Below are positions 30,904-40,143 of a stretch of 64,000 bases of DNA, piece after piece; position 1 is the first letter of the stretch, and each line of letters starts with the position of its first letter. The stretch is taken from NCBI GenBank assembly GCA_017415005.1, contig JAFQJK010000015.1:40084-104083 (forward strand). The letters run 5' to 3'. The notes under the pieces are model-generated. The model searched no databases. It was not told where the DNA came from and saw only the letters and a program-made list of their open reading frames with translations. This DNA is from Rikenellaceae bacterium. Lineage in GTDB: Bacteria > Bacteroidota > Bacteroidia > Bacteroidales > Rikenellaceae. Position numbers and translations under genes: made by a program.

Positions 30904-31125
30904 AAAGATAGCGAAAGCCGGGCGGCGAGCCAAACCTGTTTGAGCTTGCCCGGGGCGCATCCTATTTAAGACGGAGTTAAAGATAGCGAAAGCCGACTTG
31001 CGTGGGGTTTTGCCCGAGGTGTATCTTATCCTCTACAAAGATAGTGAAAGCCAAGTGGCGAGCCAAACCTGTTTGGGCTTGTCCGAGGCGCATCCAGTCC
31101 AAGACAGAGTCAAAGATAGTGATAT
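30904..31125. repeat. tandem repeat upstream of lgt: alternating 75-nt (A) and 58-nt (B) units, each starting aaagatagYga
   Basis: aaagatag[c/t]gaaagcc occurs at 30904, 30979 and 31037, and aaagatagtga at 31112. Unit A (30904-30978) and A' (31037-31111) differ at about 13 of 75 positions by eye. Each A unit carries the palindrome ccaaac-ct-gtttgg. Confidence 0.9.
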
Positions 31126-31161
31126 ATTTGTAACGGCTGTTACGTGTGCCCCAGAATCTGG

Positions 31162-32622
31162 TTAGGGTCTGGTTGTTGTGCCGGTTGGCTGTGCCGCGCG
31201 CCGTGGCTTGCGGAGCAGCAGCAGGAACGGCAGGAAGCAGCATAGGGTCATCAGCGTGACGATCAGGAAGTCGTCCGTGATCCCGGCGATGTAGATCTCG
31301 GCCTTAGTGCCGACATCATGGGCTGCATGTGCGGCCGTGCGCGCCGTGAGGATCGAGGTGAGCATCGCTACGGCTATGCTGCCTGCGAGCTGCTTGATGC
31401 TGTTCGATATGCCCGAGGCGGCAGCCATGTCGCCATGTTTCAGGTTCTTGAGCGAGAAGACGTTGAGCGGTGCGAACGTAAGTCCCATGCCGAACCCGCG
31501 CAGGTAGAGCACGAGCATGATCCCCGAGTGGGGCGTGTCGACGGTGAACCGGCTTGCGAACCAGAAGCTGAGCGTCATTACGGCCAGTCCGCAGAAGACC
31601 TGCGGCAGCGTGCCTATGTATTTTGTGATGAATCCCGACAGGGTGGAAAGGATACCCTGGATGAGCCCCACCGGCAGGAACACGCTGCCGGCCATGATAG
31701 CCGTGTACCCCAGCCCGTTCTGCATATAGAGCGGCAGCAGGTAGGTGCCGCCGAACATACAGATGCCGAATATGACCAGCACGAGCATCGCGATGCCGAA
31801 GTTGCGGTCGGCAAGCAGACGGATATTGAGCAGCGGGTACTTCGACCGCAGCTCCGCGACGATGAAGACCACCAGTGCGATCACGGCGATGGTACCCGGA
31901 ACGATCACGCTCGGCGACGACCATCCCTGCGGATTGCTCGTCGCATTGCCGCGCGCGAGGGCATAGATCGCCAGCGGCATGAATGTAGCGACGCTCACGA
32001 AGCCCACCCAGTCGAACGGACCGATGTCGGGCCGCTTCCATTCCCGCTGGATCAGGATCGTGGCCAGTACGCCGACAATCCCGATCGGAACGTTCACGTC
32101 GAATATCCAGTGCCAGCTGTAGTCGTCGACGAGGTATCCGCCGATCAGCGGTCCGAACGAGATCGAGGCTGCCGAGGCAATCGCCCACAGGCCGAGGGCC
32201 ATCGACCGTTGCGAGGGTGGGAATTCGCGCGTTACGATGGCCAGGCCGAGCGCCTGGATCGTCCCGCCGCCGATGCCCTGCAAGGCCCGCGAGGCGATCA
32301 GGAATACGTCGGTCTGCGCCCGTCCGCAGAGCCACGAACCGAGGGTGAAGAGCACCATGCCGATCAGGTAGAGGTTCTTGTTGCCGTATTTGTCAGCGAG
32401 CCAGCCGGCCGTGGGCAGCATGATCGTCATCGTGATCATGTAGGCCGTGATGACCCACTCGGCTGTCGATAGGCTGACCCCGAAAGCGTGCATGATCGTC
32501 GGGAGCCCGACGTTGACGACCGTAATGTCGAGTACGGCCATGAACGTGCCGAGCATGATCACGCCGAGCACCCACCATTTATATCCTTTGCTTTGCTGAA
32601 TCCGGGTCTGGAGGTGTTTCAT
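31162..32622 (-). CDS. MFS transporter, DHA2 (EmrB/QacA-like, 14-TM) family
   Basis: Track ORF trimmed to the ATG at 32620-32622 (MKHLQTRIQQSKGYKWWVLGVIMLGTFMAVLDITVVNVGLPTI). The LDxTVxNVALP-type motif and WLADKYGNK are typical of DHA2. Confidence 0.9.
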   Translation of the reverse strand: MKHLQTRIQQSKGYKWWVLGVIMLGTFMAVLDITVVNVGLPTIMHAFGVSLSTAEWVITAYMITMTIMLPTAGWLADKYGNKNLYLIGMVLFTLGSWLCGRAQTDVFLIASRALQGIGGGTIQALGLAIVTREFPPSQRSMALGLWAIASAASISFGPLIGGYLVDDYSWHWIFDVNVPIGIVGVLATILIQREWKRPDIGPFDWVGFVSVATFMPLAIYALARGNATSNPQGWSSPSVIVPGTIAVIALVVFIVAELRSKYPLLNIRLLADRNFGIAMLVLVIFGICMFGGTYLLPLYMQNGLGYTAIMAGSVFLPVGLIQGILSTLSGFITKYIGTLPQVFCGLAVMTLSFWFASRFTVDTPHSGIMLVLYLRGFGMGLTFAPLNVFSLKNLKHGDMAAASGISNSIKQLAGSIAVAMLTSILTARTAAHAAHDVGTKAEIYIAGITDDFLIVTLMTLCCFLPFLLLLRKPRRAAQPTGTTTRP

Positions 32623-32807
32623 TCTGGCTTTTTCCGGGTCAGGGTACAAATAAAATGCCATCTGCCGACGGCGTGGCGGCATGCCACCGCCGTCGGTGAT
32701 CGCTTTCGGGCCGGGTCTGTTTGCAGGAGTGACAGGCTTTGGCCGTAATGTCATCCGATGTACCGCATGCCCCGTCCGGGCCGGGGCCTCGGTCGGGTGC
32801 ACCCGGG

Positions 32808-34007
32808 TTATCGCAACCTGTGCTTTTCGAAATGGGGGCCCACTTTCAGGTTGAAGATAAGGGCCGAGATGACGGTCAGGCAGGCGCCGAACAGGTAGGC
32901 GTTGTTGAACGTACTGATCTGTCCGATGTAACCGCCGATGAGCAGTCCTGCCCCGATGCCCACATCCCATGAGGTGAGGTAGGTCGAGGTGGCCGTGCCG
33001 CGTTGGCTGTTAGGGGCGAGGTTGACGAACAGCGTATTGAAGGCGGGGAACATCGTGCCGAAACCGGTACCGAGCAGCAGCGCGATCCCGAAGAACACGT
33101 AGCGTCCGACAGCGGGGTGCCAGCCCATCAGCCATTGGCACGACGAGAGAGCGAAAAAGCAGAGGCATACGAGATAGATGCCGAGCGAGATGACCGCCAC
33201 GATCCGCCCTTTGTCGACCTGCCGGCCCGAGAATATGCGCGATATGGCCATTCCCACAGCCATCAGCGTGAAGAAGAGTCCGGTGCCGCTCGTGATCCCG
33301 ATCTGCCGGGCGTACATCGCCACGTAGGTGGTCGTCATGCCATACGGGATCGAGAGCAGGAGCAGGTCGAGTCCGGCCGGGACGCCTTTGAGCAGGATGA
33401 AGCGGTCGAGCGAGATCGGTTCGCGCTTGACGGGCACTTTGGCCGGGGTCCTGACCAGGCTGGCGAAGCCGAATCCCAGTGCGCACGAGGCGAGCGAGCA
33501 GGCGAAAAGGATATCGAAGCTGACGCCGCCATCGTGCAGGAACAGCCCGACCATCGGACCCACCGACATGGCCGTGTTGTTGGCCAGTCCGTAGTACCCG
33601 AGCCCTTCGCCGCGTCGCGACGAGGGCATGATGTCGATCACCACGGTGTTGCCCGACACGGTCACGGTACCGAACGCGAAGCCGTGCACGACGCGCATGA
33701 TGGTGAAGAGCGTGAGCGTTCCGGCCAGCAGGTAGCCGGCGAATATGCCGGTGAAAACGAAGTAGGCCAGCAGGTAGAGCGGCTTGCGGGCAAAGGTGTC
33801 GAGCAGATAGCCCGAGAAGGGGCGAATCGTCAGTGCGGCTATCGTGTAGCAGGACAGTACGATACCTACCGTTGCATGTCCGGTATTGAAGACCTCCGTG
33901 AGGTAGAACGGCAGGACGGGCATCAGCAGGTAGAAGCCGAAGTAAAGCAGGAAGTTGGCTGCCAGGATGTAGCAGTAACTGGATGTGACGAGACGCTCTT
34001 TGGCCAT
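32808..34007 (-). CDS. MFS transporter (12-TM)
   Basis: 399 aa, hydrophobic throughout, with an MFS loop motif (SGYLLDTFARKPL). Confidence 0.88.
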   Translation of the reverse strand: MAKERLVTSSYCYILAANFLLYFGFYLLMPVLPFYLTEVFNTGHATVGIVLSCYTIAALTIRPFSGYLLDTFARKPLYLLAYFVFTGIFAGYLLAGTLTLFTIMRVVHGFAFGTVTVSGNTVVIDIMPSSRRGEGLGYYGLANNTAMSVGPMVGLFLHDGGVSFDILFACSLASCALGFGFASLVRTPAKVPVKREPISLDRFILLKGVPAGLDLLLLSIPYGMTTTYVAMYARQIGITSGTGLFFTLMAVGMAISRIFSGRQVDKGRIVAVISLGIYLVCLCFFALSSCQWLMGWHPAVGRYVFFGIALLLGTGFGTMFPAFNTLFVNLAPNSQRGTATSTYLTSWDVGIGAGLLIGGYIGQISTFNNAYLFGACLTVISALIFNLKVGPHFEKHRLR

Positions 34008-34021
34008 ACGGGGATTTTCGG

Positions 34022-34029
34022 CAAAGATA
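34022..34029 (-). promoter_or_regulatory. candidate -7 box (TATCTTTG on the minus strand) for the MFS gene
   Basis: caaagata on the plus strand lies 15 nt upstream of the ATG at 34007. Confidence 0.45.
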
Positions 34030-34395
34030 CGATAATTACCGCTTCGATGTCAGGTCGCGCGGGAGTTCCTGGCCGGAAGGCGTTGTTTTCGGCGTTGTGC
34101 CCTGCCGGTCGGGCGCCGGATTGCGGGCGTGGGGGTGTCGTATGCGGTTGGGAGAGAGTGTCGGTGCAGCGGTGCGGGCTGCGGGGTGACGTTTGCCTGA
34201 CGCAGACTGCCGGTTCGGTGCCGGTTTACGGACCGTGGACGGACAACGGTTGCCGATGTGCTGCCAATGCCGGAGGAAGGGGGCCGGGCAAGCAGGTGCG
34301 CGGTGATCTCTTTTGACGGAGTGCCGGTCCGCTGACCATTTGCTGACTATCTCCTGACGGCAGGTTGCCAATGCCGGACGGAAGGGCGGACGGCC

Positions 34396-34435
34396 AGGCA
34401 AAAACCGCCCTTCCCGGAGAAGGGGAAGGGCGGTT
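34396..34435 (-). terminator. intrinsic terminator after the fimbrillin gene
   Basis: 12-bp stem aaccgcccttcc (34403-34414) pairs with ggaagggcggtt (34424-34435). On the minus strand it is followed by ttttt. Confidence 0.75.
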
Positions 34436-34495
34436 TGCGTGAGTTCCGGGCCTTCCGGAAGCGGACCGGGGATTGCCGGGTAGTTCGGTGCCGGA

Positions 34496-35449
34496 TTAGA
34501 TCTCGGTGCTGCCGTTGGTGCCGCCATTGGTCCATTCGCCGATCTTCGAGGTGAAGACGGTGCCCGACTTCTTGACAGTGACGGTGATCGTCGTGATCAT
34601 GCCCTCGGCCAGCGACATGCCGAGGCTGCTGACATCGGCCGTGATGACCTCCCCGTTGATCGTGAGCTTGAGGTCGGTGACCGAGGCGCCGGTCGGGACG
34701 ATCGGACTGAAGTCGTCGGCCGTGATGCCGGCTTCGGTGACAGCCGTCGCGGTGGCTACGTCCTTGCTCAGGGTCACGGCGGCGCCACCGGCGGCCTGCA
34801 CGCCGGAGACCAGGTTCAGGGTGGCCTGGTCCTTGTCGAGCGACAGCGTCACGTTCGAGAGCGAGCAGGCCGGCGCGCCGGCTTCGAGCTTGACAAGGAA
34901 TGAGATCCGGGAGAGCTTGTGAGTGAAGTCGAGGCCGGGTTTGCCCGATGCCGTTACGGCAACGTAGCTCTGGCCTTCGAGCCTGGCCCAGAGCAGGTCT
35001 TCCTCGATGCCCGTGCCGGCCTTGGCCTTGACGGTCACGGCCGGGGCTGCCGAAGCGGTGGCCTCGGTAAGCTGGTAGCCCGTTGCGCTTGCGACGGTGG
35101 TGGCCACCGGGTAGTAGGCGTAGAAGTTGTGGGTCTGGCCGCGGTCCCAGTAAGCGTTGTCGGCGTTGGGATCATCGGTCCCGATGCCGAATGCGTTGCT
35201 CGTGAACACGAAGCCGGCGTTCCTGAGGAACGCGCCGTCGTAGGCCGAGGCCGGGACGGAGCCCTTGTAGGCGTAGATGCCGATCTCGTCGTTGTCGGCG
35301 AACTGCGTGCCGGTCTTGATGGCTTTCACTTCGATGCCGCTGCCGAATACGATGGGCGACTTTGCGTCCGGATCGCCGGCGCCTTCTTCGTTCTTGGAAC
35401 AACCGGCCAGTGCGGCGGCGGCCCTCAGGCCTAATAACAGTTTTTGCAT
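34496..35449 (-). CDS. fimbrillin-family (type V pilin, Mfa1/FimA-like) lipoprotein
   Basis: Track ORF trimmed to the ATG at 35447-35449. Lipobox MQKLLLGLRAAAALAGC, and the motifs IGIYAY, FYAYYP and EDLLWA are typical of Bacteroidota fimbrillin-like proteins. Confidence 0.78.
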   Translation of the reverse strand: MQKLLLGLRAAAALAGCSKNEEGAGDPDAKSPIVFGSGIEVKAIKTGTQFADNDEIGIYAYKGSVPASAYDGAFLRNAGFVFTSNAFGIGTDDPNADNAYWDRGQTHNFYAYYPVATTVASATGYQLTEATASAAPAVTVKAKAGTGIEEDLLWARLEGQSYVAVTASGKPGLDFTHKLSRISFLVKLEAGAPACSLSNVTLSLDKDQATLNLVSGVQAAGGAAVTLSKDVATATAVTEAGITADDFSPIVPTGASVTDLKLTINGEVITADVSSLGMSLAEGMITTITVTVKKSGTVFTSKIGEWTNGGTNGSTEI

Positions 35450-35492
35450 GGTGGTAGAAATTAAGGTTAATGATGTATGAAGGGAATAATGG

Positions 35493-36353
35493 TTACTGAA
35501 GTTCCGTATAGGTGGTGTCGCCGATCTTCCAGCTGCGGATGACGGCCGTGAGGCCGAGCTCGGGATTGAGGTTGACCCCGACGTTGACCTGTACGCTGCC
35601 GCCCGGGGCCTGGCCGCTGATATCGGTGATGTCGACCTGGGAGGTCCGCTGCGAGCCGTCGGTGAGCGTCGCGCGCATCTGAAGCATGAGCGGCGTGCCG
35701 CTGCTGCATCCGAACGTGACGGTGTGGGCCGTGTATCCGCCCTCGCAGGCCTCGGTGCTGAACCGGACCCGGGCCGGGGCGTCCGGCGAGGGCGTCCGCG
35801 AGTGAAGATAGAGGCCGGATGCGGCGCCCGAGAGCCGGGCGTCGAGCGCCGAGGCCCGGTCGAGCCCCTCGACGGCGATCTGCACCGTGATCTCGGTGAC
35901 CAGCGCGCCGGGAGTGAGCGGGACCGGGCCGGCCATATCCGCAGCAACGGCTATGCCCTCGCGGGCGTCTGCATAGAGCCAGTCGGCGCAGGGGATGTAG
36001 CCGGGCTGTGCAGCCCCGGCCCGCTCCCCGGGCAGGATGTATGCTTCAGCGTTCTTGAATGAGTCGAGACCCCGGAATCCAAACACGGTCGAGTTGTTGT
36101 TGAAGATTAACAGATCGTAATCATCGCAGGTCAACAGGAGCGTGGTGTCTCCGCCGATCGTGAAGTGAGCGCACCGGCCGCTTGCGCGGCCGTAGAGGAA
36201 CAACTGCATCGAATCGGGCTTCTCGCGTCCTTCCGCCAGCTTCGACCAGTCGAGGCTGATGCGGATCGGGGCGGTTCGCCCGGGGGTGCATTCCGGTTCG
36301 TGGATACAGGCAGCCAGGAACGGCAGTATGGTAAGGATGAACGATCGCTTCAT
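35493..36353 (-). CDS. FimB/Mfa2-like fimbrial anchor-type lipoprotein
   Basis: 286 aa. Lipobox MKRSFILTILPFLAAC. Its size and its position immediately upstream of a fimbrillin gene fit the Mfa2/FimB family. The assignment is by pattern only. Confidence 0.65.
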   Translation of the reverse strand: MKRSFILTILPFLAACIHEPECTPGRTAPIRISLDWSKLAEGREKPDSMQLFLYGRASGRCAHFTIGGDTTLLLTCDDYDLLIFNNNSTVFGFRGLDSFKNAEAYILPGERAGAAQPGYIPCADWLYADAREGIAVAADMAGPVPLTPGALVTEITVQIAVEGLDRASALDARLSGAASGLYLHSRTPSPDAPARVRFSTEACEGGYTAHTVTFGCSSGTPLMLQMRATLTDGSQRTSQVDITDISGQAPGGSVQVNVGVNLNPELGLTAVIRSWKIGDTTYTELQ

Positions 36354-36730
36354 AAAACTGCCGTGCCTTTAAACCTTCGTTATTGACAAATAACGTATCG
36401 AGCACAATACGCCTCGTTCGCGCTATTTGTTTCACCGTTCGTCATAAATAAACGGCTGCTATGTAATATGACAGCGCACGAAAACGGCATGCCATCGGTC
36501 GAAGATGGCACGGCAGGGGGCTTGTGTCGCATGGATCACAAAGAGTTACATGATGTCGGCGGGTGATTGGATCGCGGGGTCCAGACCGCTATGATAAGTG
36601 GATTTTTGTCGGGAAAGATTTTCCCGGGGGTAAAAAATGCAGTTACAGTGCATTGCGTTGCTCAGGATGACCCTTTCAGATCGGTTTTCCGCTGGTTAAT
36701 AGTGTGTTAAATGTGTCCTGAGCCTGTGCT

Positions 36731-36771
36731 GAAACCCGAAGGTGCGGTTGAGGACAACCGTTTCCTTCGGG
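36731..36771 (-). terminator. possible terminator hairpin after nrdG
   Basis: cccgaagg (36735-36742) pairs with ccttcggg (36764-36771), with an inner gcggttg/caaccg stem. The T tract on the minus strand is weak (tttc). Confidence 0.4.
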
Positions 36772-36815
36772 CTGAGTGACAAGAAGGGTACCAGTGTGGG
36801 ACGGGATGGTGCTAT

Positions 36816-37478
36816 TTAGGGCGAATTAGGTGGATTTACCGGCGCGATGCCCGTGTGGTCGGCCACCAGGCCGTCACGGCCCGGGTCGCGGAACGCATGG
36901 CAGGCGTAGTGATCGCCTGAGAATGCGGTGTCGAGCAGGTTCTTTATGTGCGGGGTGTGTATGCCGGGGATCAGCGTCGTGCGCAACTGGTACTCGATAC
37001 CGCTGCGGCGCAGCAGGTCGATCGATCGCCTGACGGCATCTACCTGGGCCGGCGTGATGCCGGGCGTGACCCGGGCATAGTGCTCCAGGTCGGGGATCGA
37101 CTTGACATCCATAGCCACGGCGTCGAGGAGGCCGTCGGCGATCAGCGCGGCCAGCAGTCCGGGATGCGTGCCGTTGGTGTCGAGCCGGACACGGAGACCG
37201 AGTGCCCGGACGCGGCGGATAAAGTCGGCCAGGTCGGGCTGGAGGGTCGGCTCACCACCCGTGATGACCACACCTTCGAGCCAGCCGCGCCGCCGCGAGA
37301 GGTAGGAGAGCACCTCGCCCTCGTCGATGTCGGGGCTTCGGTCGCAGAGCGCCGGGATGACGAGCGACGGGTTGTGGCAGTACCCGCAGCGGAAGTTACA
37401 CCCCTTGGTGAACACGACCGCTGCGAGTACGCCGTCCCAGTCGAGCAGGCTCTGCTTTACATAGCCTCCGATACGCAT
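36816..37478 (-). CDS. nrdG: anaerobic ribonucleoside-triphosphate reductase activating protein
   Basis: Trimmed to the ATG at 37476-37478 (MRIGGYVKQSLLDWDG). Radical SAM cluster GCNFRCGYCHN. It overlaps the nrdD stop by 22 nt. Confidence 0.92.
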   Translation of the reverse strand: MRIGGYVKQSLLDWDGVLAAVVFTKGCNFRCGYCHNPSLVIPALCDRSPDIDEGEVLSYLSRRRGWLEGVVITGGEPTLQPDLADFIRRVRALGLRVRLDTNGTHPGLLAALIADGLLDAVAMDVKSIPDLEHYARVTPGITPAQVDAVRRSIDLLRRSGIEYQLRTTLIPGIHTPHIKNLLDTAFSGDHYACHAFRDPGRDGLVADHTGIAPVNPPNSP

Positions 37479-39613
37479 GGCTCCGATCCGGTTTCGCCGA
37501 CGATGCGGCGGTCGAACAGCTTGCGCGCGGCGAACTCCTCGCGCTTGCCGTCGTTCCACTGGCTCACGGGACGCATGTAGCCGACGATCCGGCTGTAGAC
37601 CTCGGCCGTGGCCCCGCATTTGGGGCAGGTGAAGTGCTCGCCCGGCATATAGCCGTCGGACGGGCAGACGCTGAACGAGGGCGAGAGCGTGATGTAGGGC
37701 AGGCGGAAACGTCCCGTCACGCGGCGCACCATGCGCTTGGCCGCCTCGGCCGATATGGCGCTGTCGCCCGTGAAGACGTGGAACACCGTGCCGCCCGTGT
37801 AGAGCGTCTGCAGCGGGTCCTGCAGCTCGAGCGCCTCGTAGAGGTCGTCGGTGTAGTCGACGGGCAGGTGCGTCGAGTTGGTGTAGTAGGGTTTGGCGCC
37901 CCGTTCAAGCCGGTCGCGCTGGTTGGCGGTGATGATGTCGGGGTACTGCTGCGTGTCGAGCAGCGCGAAGCGATAGGCCGTGCTCTCGGCGGGTGTCGCC
38001 TCGAGGTTGTAGATGTTGCCCGTCTCTTCCTGGAATTCGGCCATCACATCGCGCATGAAGTTCATCACCCGCCGGGCGAAGGCCGTACCCTCGGGCGAGG
38101 CGAGCGAGACGCCGAGGAAGTTGAGGCAGCACTCGTTCATGCCGTTGATGCCGATGGTCGAGAAGTGGTTCTTCCAGTAGCAGCCGAAGCGGTCGTGGAT
38201 GTGGCGCAGGTAGAATCGCGAATAGGGGTAGAGGCCTTTCCCGGTGTAGCGCTCGATCACCTTGCGCTTGGTCTCGAGGCTGTCGCGCGAGAGCTCCATC
38301 AGGTGGCGCAGCCGCTGGAAGAAGATCTCCTCGGAGGCCGACTCGTAGCCCAGGCGCGGCAGGTTGATCGTCACGACGCCGACCGATCCGGTGAGCGGGT
38401 GGGATGCGAAGAGGCCGCCGCCGCGCTTGACCAGCTCGCGCTTGTCGAGCCGCAGGCGGCAGCACATGCTGCGCACGTCGTCGGGCTTCATGTCGGAGTT
38501 GACGAAGTTGGAGAAGTAGGGGATGCCGTACTTGGCCGTCATCTCCCAGATGCCCTGGTAGTCGGGGTTGTCCCAGTCGAAGTCGGGCGTGATGTTGTAG
38601 GTGGGGATCGGGAACGAGAAGAGGCTGCCCGCGGCGTCGCCCTCGCACATCACCTCGGCGAAGGCCCGGTTGAGCAGCGTCATCTCGGGCTGGAAGTCGC
38701 CGTAGGTCTCCTCGCGCGTGGTCCCGGCCCAGACGACGGGCTCGCCGCGCAGGAAGTCGGGCACCACGAGGTCCATCGTGATGTTGGTGAACGGGGTCTG
38801 GAAGCCCACGCGCGTCGGGACGTTGAGGTTGAACAGGAACTCCTGCAGGCACTGTTTGACCTGCTCGTAGTCGAGGCCGTCGAAACGGACGTAGGGGGCC
38901 AGGAAGGTGTCGAAGTTGGAGAAGGCCTGGGCGCCGGCCGCCTCGCCCTGCATCGTATAGAAGAAATTGACGATCTGCCCCAGGGCAGTACGCAGGTGTC
39001 GCGCCGGCGAGCTCTGGGCCTTGCCTTCGACGCCGCGGAAGCCGGTGGCGAGCAGGTCGCGCAGGTCCCACCCGACGCAGTAGACGCTGAGGAATCCCAG
39101 GTCGTGGATGTGGAGCGCCCCCGAGCGGTGCGCGCGGGCGATCTCCTCGGAGTAGAGGCGGCCGAGCCAGTACTGCGAGGTGATCATCGTCGAGATGTGC
39201 TGGTTGAGGCCCTGGAGCGAGTAGGCCGAGTTGGCGCTCTCCTTGACGCGCCAGTCCTCGCGGTCGAGGTAGTCGTCCATCACGTCGAGGTTTGAGAAGA
39301 GCTCCTTCGACTGGCGGATCTCCTCGTGCTTCTTGCGGTAGAGCATGTAGCTCTTGAGCAGTGCGAAGTCGCCGTGGCGGTAGAGCGTCTTTTCGACGGC
39401 GTCCTGCACGTGCTCGACATGGGGAACGCTCTGCGCGCCGTCCCGGGCGAGCTCGGCGAGTACCTGCCCGCACAGCTCGCGGGCCAGCCCGCGGTCGGGG
39501 CTGCCCACGGCGCGCGTGGCTTTGAAAATGGCCTGTTCGATCTTCTCGGGCCTGAACTCGGCCCGCTCTCCGGTGCGTTTGACGATCTGCCGGAACTGAG
39601 TTTGTCCATTCAT
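37457..39613 (-). CDS. nrdD: anaerobic ribonucleoside-triphosphate reductase (class III)
   Basis: Trimmed to the ATG at 39611-39613 (MNGQTQFRQIVKRTGERAEF, an ATP-cone). It has the C-terminal Zn-ribbon CPKCG and the glycyl-radical motif RIVGYMRPVSQWNDGK. Confidence 0.96.
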   Translation of the reverse strand: MNGQTQFRQIVKRTGERAEFRPEKIEQAIFKATRAVGSPDRGLARELCGQVLAELARDGAQSVPHVEHVQDAVEKTLYRHGDFALLKSYMLYRKKHEEIRQSKELFSNLDVMDDYLDREDWRVKESANSAYSLQGLNQHISTMITSQYWLGRLYSEEIARAHRSGALHIHDLGFLSVYCVGWDLRDLLATGFRGVEGKAQSSPARHLRTALGQIVNFFYTMQGEAAGAQAFSNFDTFLAPYVRFDGLDYEQVKQCLQEFLFNLNVPTRVGFQTPFTNITMDLVVPDFLRGEPVVWAGTTREETYGDFQPEMTLLNRAFAEVMCEGDAAGSLFSFPIPTYNITPDFDWDNPDYQGIWEMTAKYGIPYFSNFVNSDMKPDDVRSMCCRLRLDKRELVKRGGGLFASHPLTGSVGVVTINLPRLGYESASEEIFFQRLRHLMELSRDSLETKRKVIERYTGKGLYPYSRFYLRHIHDRFGCYWKNHFSTIGINGMNECCLNFLGVSLASPEGTAFARRVMNFMRDVMAEFQEETGNIYNLEATPAESTAYRFALLDTQQYPDIITANQRDRLERGAKPYYTNSTHLPVDYTDDLYEALELQDPLQTLYTGGTVFHVFTGDSAISAEAAKRMVRRVTGRFRLPYITLSPSFSVCPSDGYMPGEHFTCPKCGATAEVYSRIVGYMRPVSQWNDGKREEFAARKLFDRRIVGETGSEPCVSEAM

Positions 39614-39739
39614 CTTGCGTGAATTTAAGTTAGTGAAACAATGAAGATAAAATGGTAACTCCAGGGGAAACGATAATAGACGCCGGGACCTCCGCGGTCC
39701 CGTAATCTGGTTGCTTTTCACCCGAAAGCTACAGTGGCA

Positions 39740-39916
39740 ACGCCCGGCAGGTCTTCTGACTCGTCCCGGACCGCGCGCCTTCCCATTGATCGTTGCAACA
39801 GTGGCATTTGAGGATGCGCGGCCTTGTGTGGAGACTTACAGCTACGGGGATAGTTCCTGATTTGCACAGGATTCCCTTTTGATCCCGATGTTCCGCTGCG
39901 GGCGGAACGGGAACCG
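39740..39916 (-). promoter_or_regulatory. cobalamin (B12) riboswitch in the nrdD leader
   Basis: The minus-strand RNA reads ggttccc...aaaagggaatcctgtgcaaatcaggaactatccccgtagctgtaag...gccactg...gggaaggcg...gagtcagaagacctgcc. This matches the conserved core, the B12 box and the 3' AGUCAGxAGACCUGCC element of the cobalamin riboswitch family. Confidence 0.88.
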
Positions 39917-39927
39917 TTCGTTACGGG

Positions 39928-39935
39928 CAAAGATA
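39928..39935 (-). promoter_or_regulatory. candidate -7 box (TATCTTTG on the minus strand) driving the riboswitch-nrdDG transcript
   Basis: caaagata on the plus strand lies about 12 nt upstream of the first riboswitch helix. Confidence 0.5.
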
Positions 39936-40143
39936 GACGAAATGCCTGCCGGAACCCCCGGGCGGACCGATACTTATGAACAAATTGCGCACATACCGTA
40001 GCTCCCGGCGTCGTATCCCGCGCACCATCACGCTTCCGGAGGGGCGGCCCTTCGATGTGTCCGCGTACCGCCGCGTGGCGGCGGAGCCGGACCCGTGCAG
40101 GGAGCGGGTGCGTGGTGCTGCGGAGCCGGAAGGCATGCACCGG

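Noticed and set aside
30904-31125. The lgt-upstream repeats as a small CRISPR array.
   Set aside because: There are only four units, of alternating 75 and 58 nt. The would-be spacers are themselves repeated (A and A' are about 80 percent identical). No cas genes are present, and each unit starts with a promoter -7 box.
34248-34390. Short direct repeats (ttgccaatgccgga... at 34262 and 34366, with a partial copy at 34248) in the spacer between the fimbrillin gene and the MFS gene.
   Set aside because: Only about 13 nt match exactly. There is no associated structure or ORF, so it is too weak to interpret.
36358-36516. A 10-bp inverted repeat (ctgccgtgcc at 36358-36367 and ggcacggcag at 36507-36516) flanking about 140 nt just upstream of the fimbrial operon, as a possible invertible promoter.
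   Set aside because: The repeat is only 10 bp and does not extend. That is plausible by chance in a 460-nt GC-rich spacer. No good TAnnTTTG box lies inside in either orientation, and no recombinase gene is in the window.
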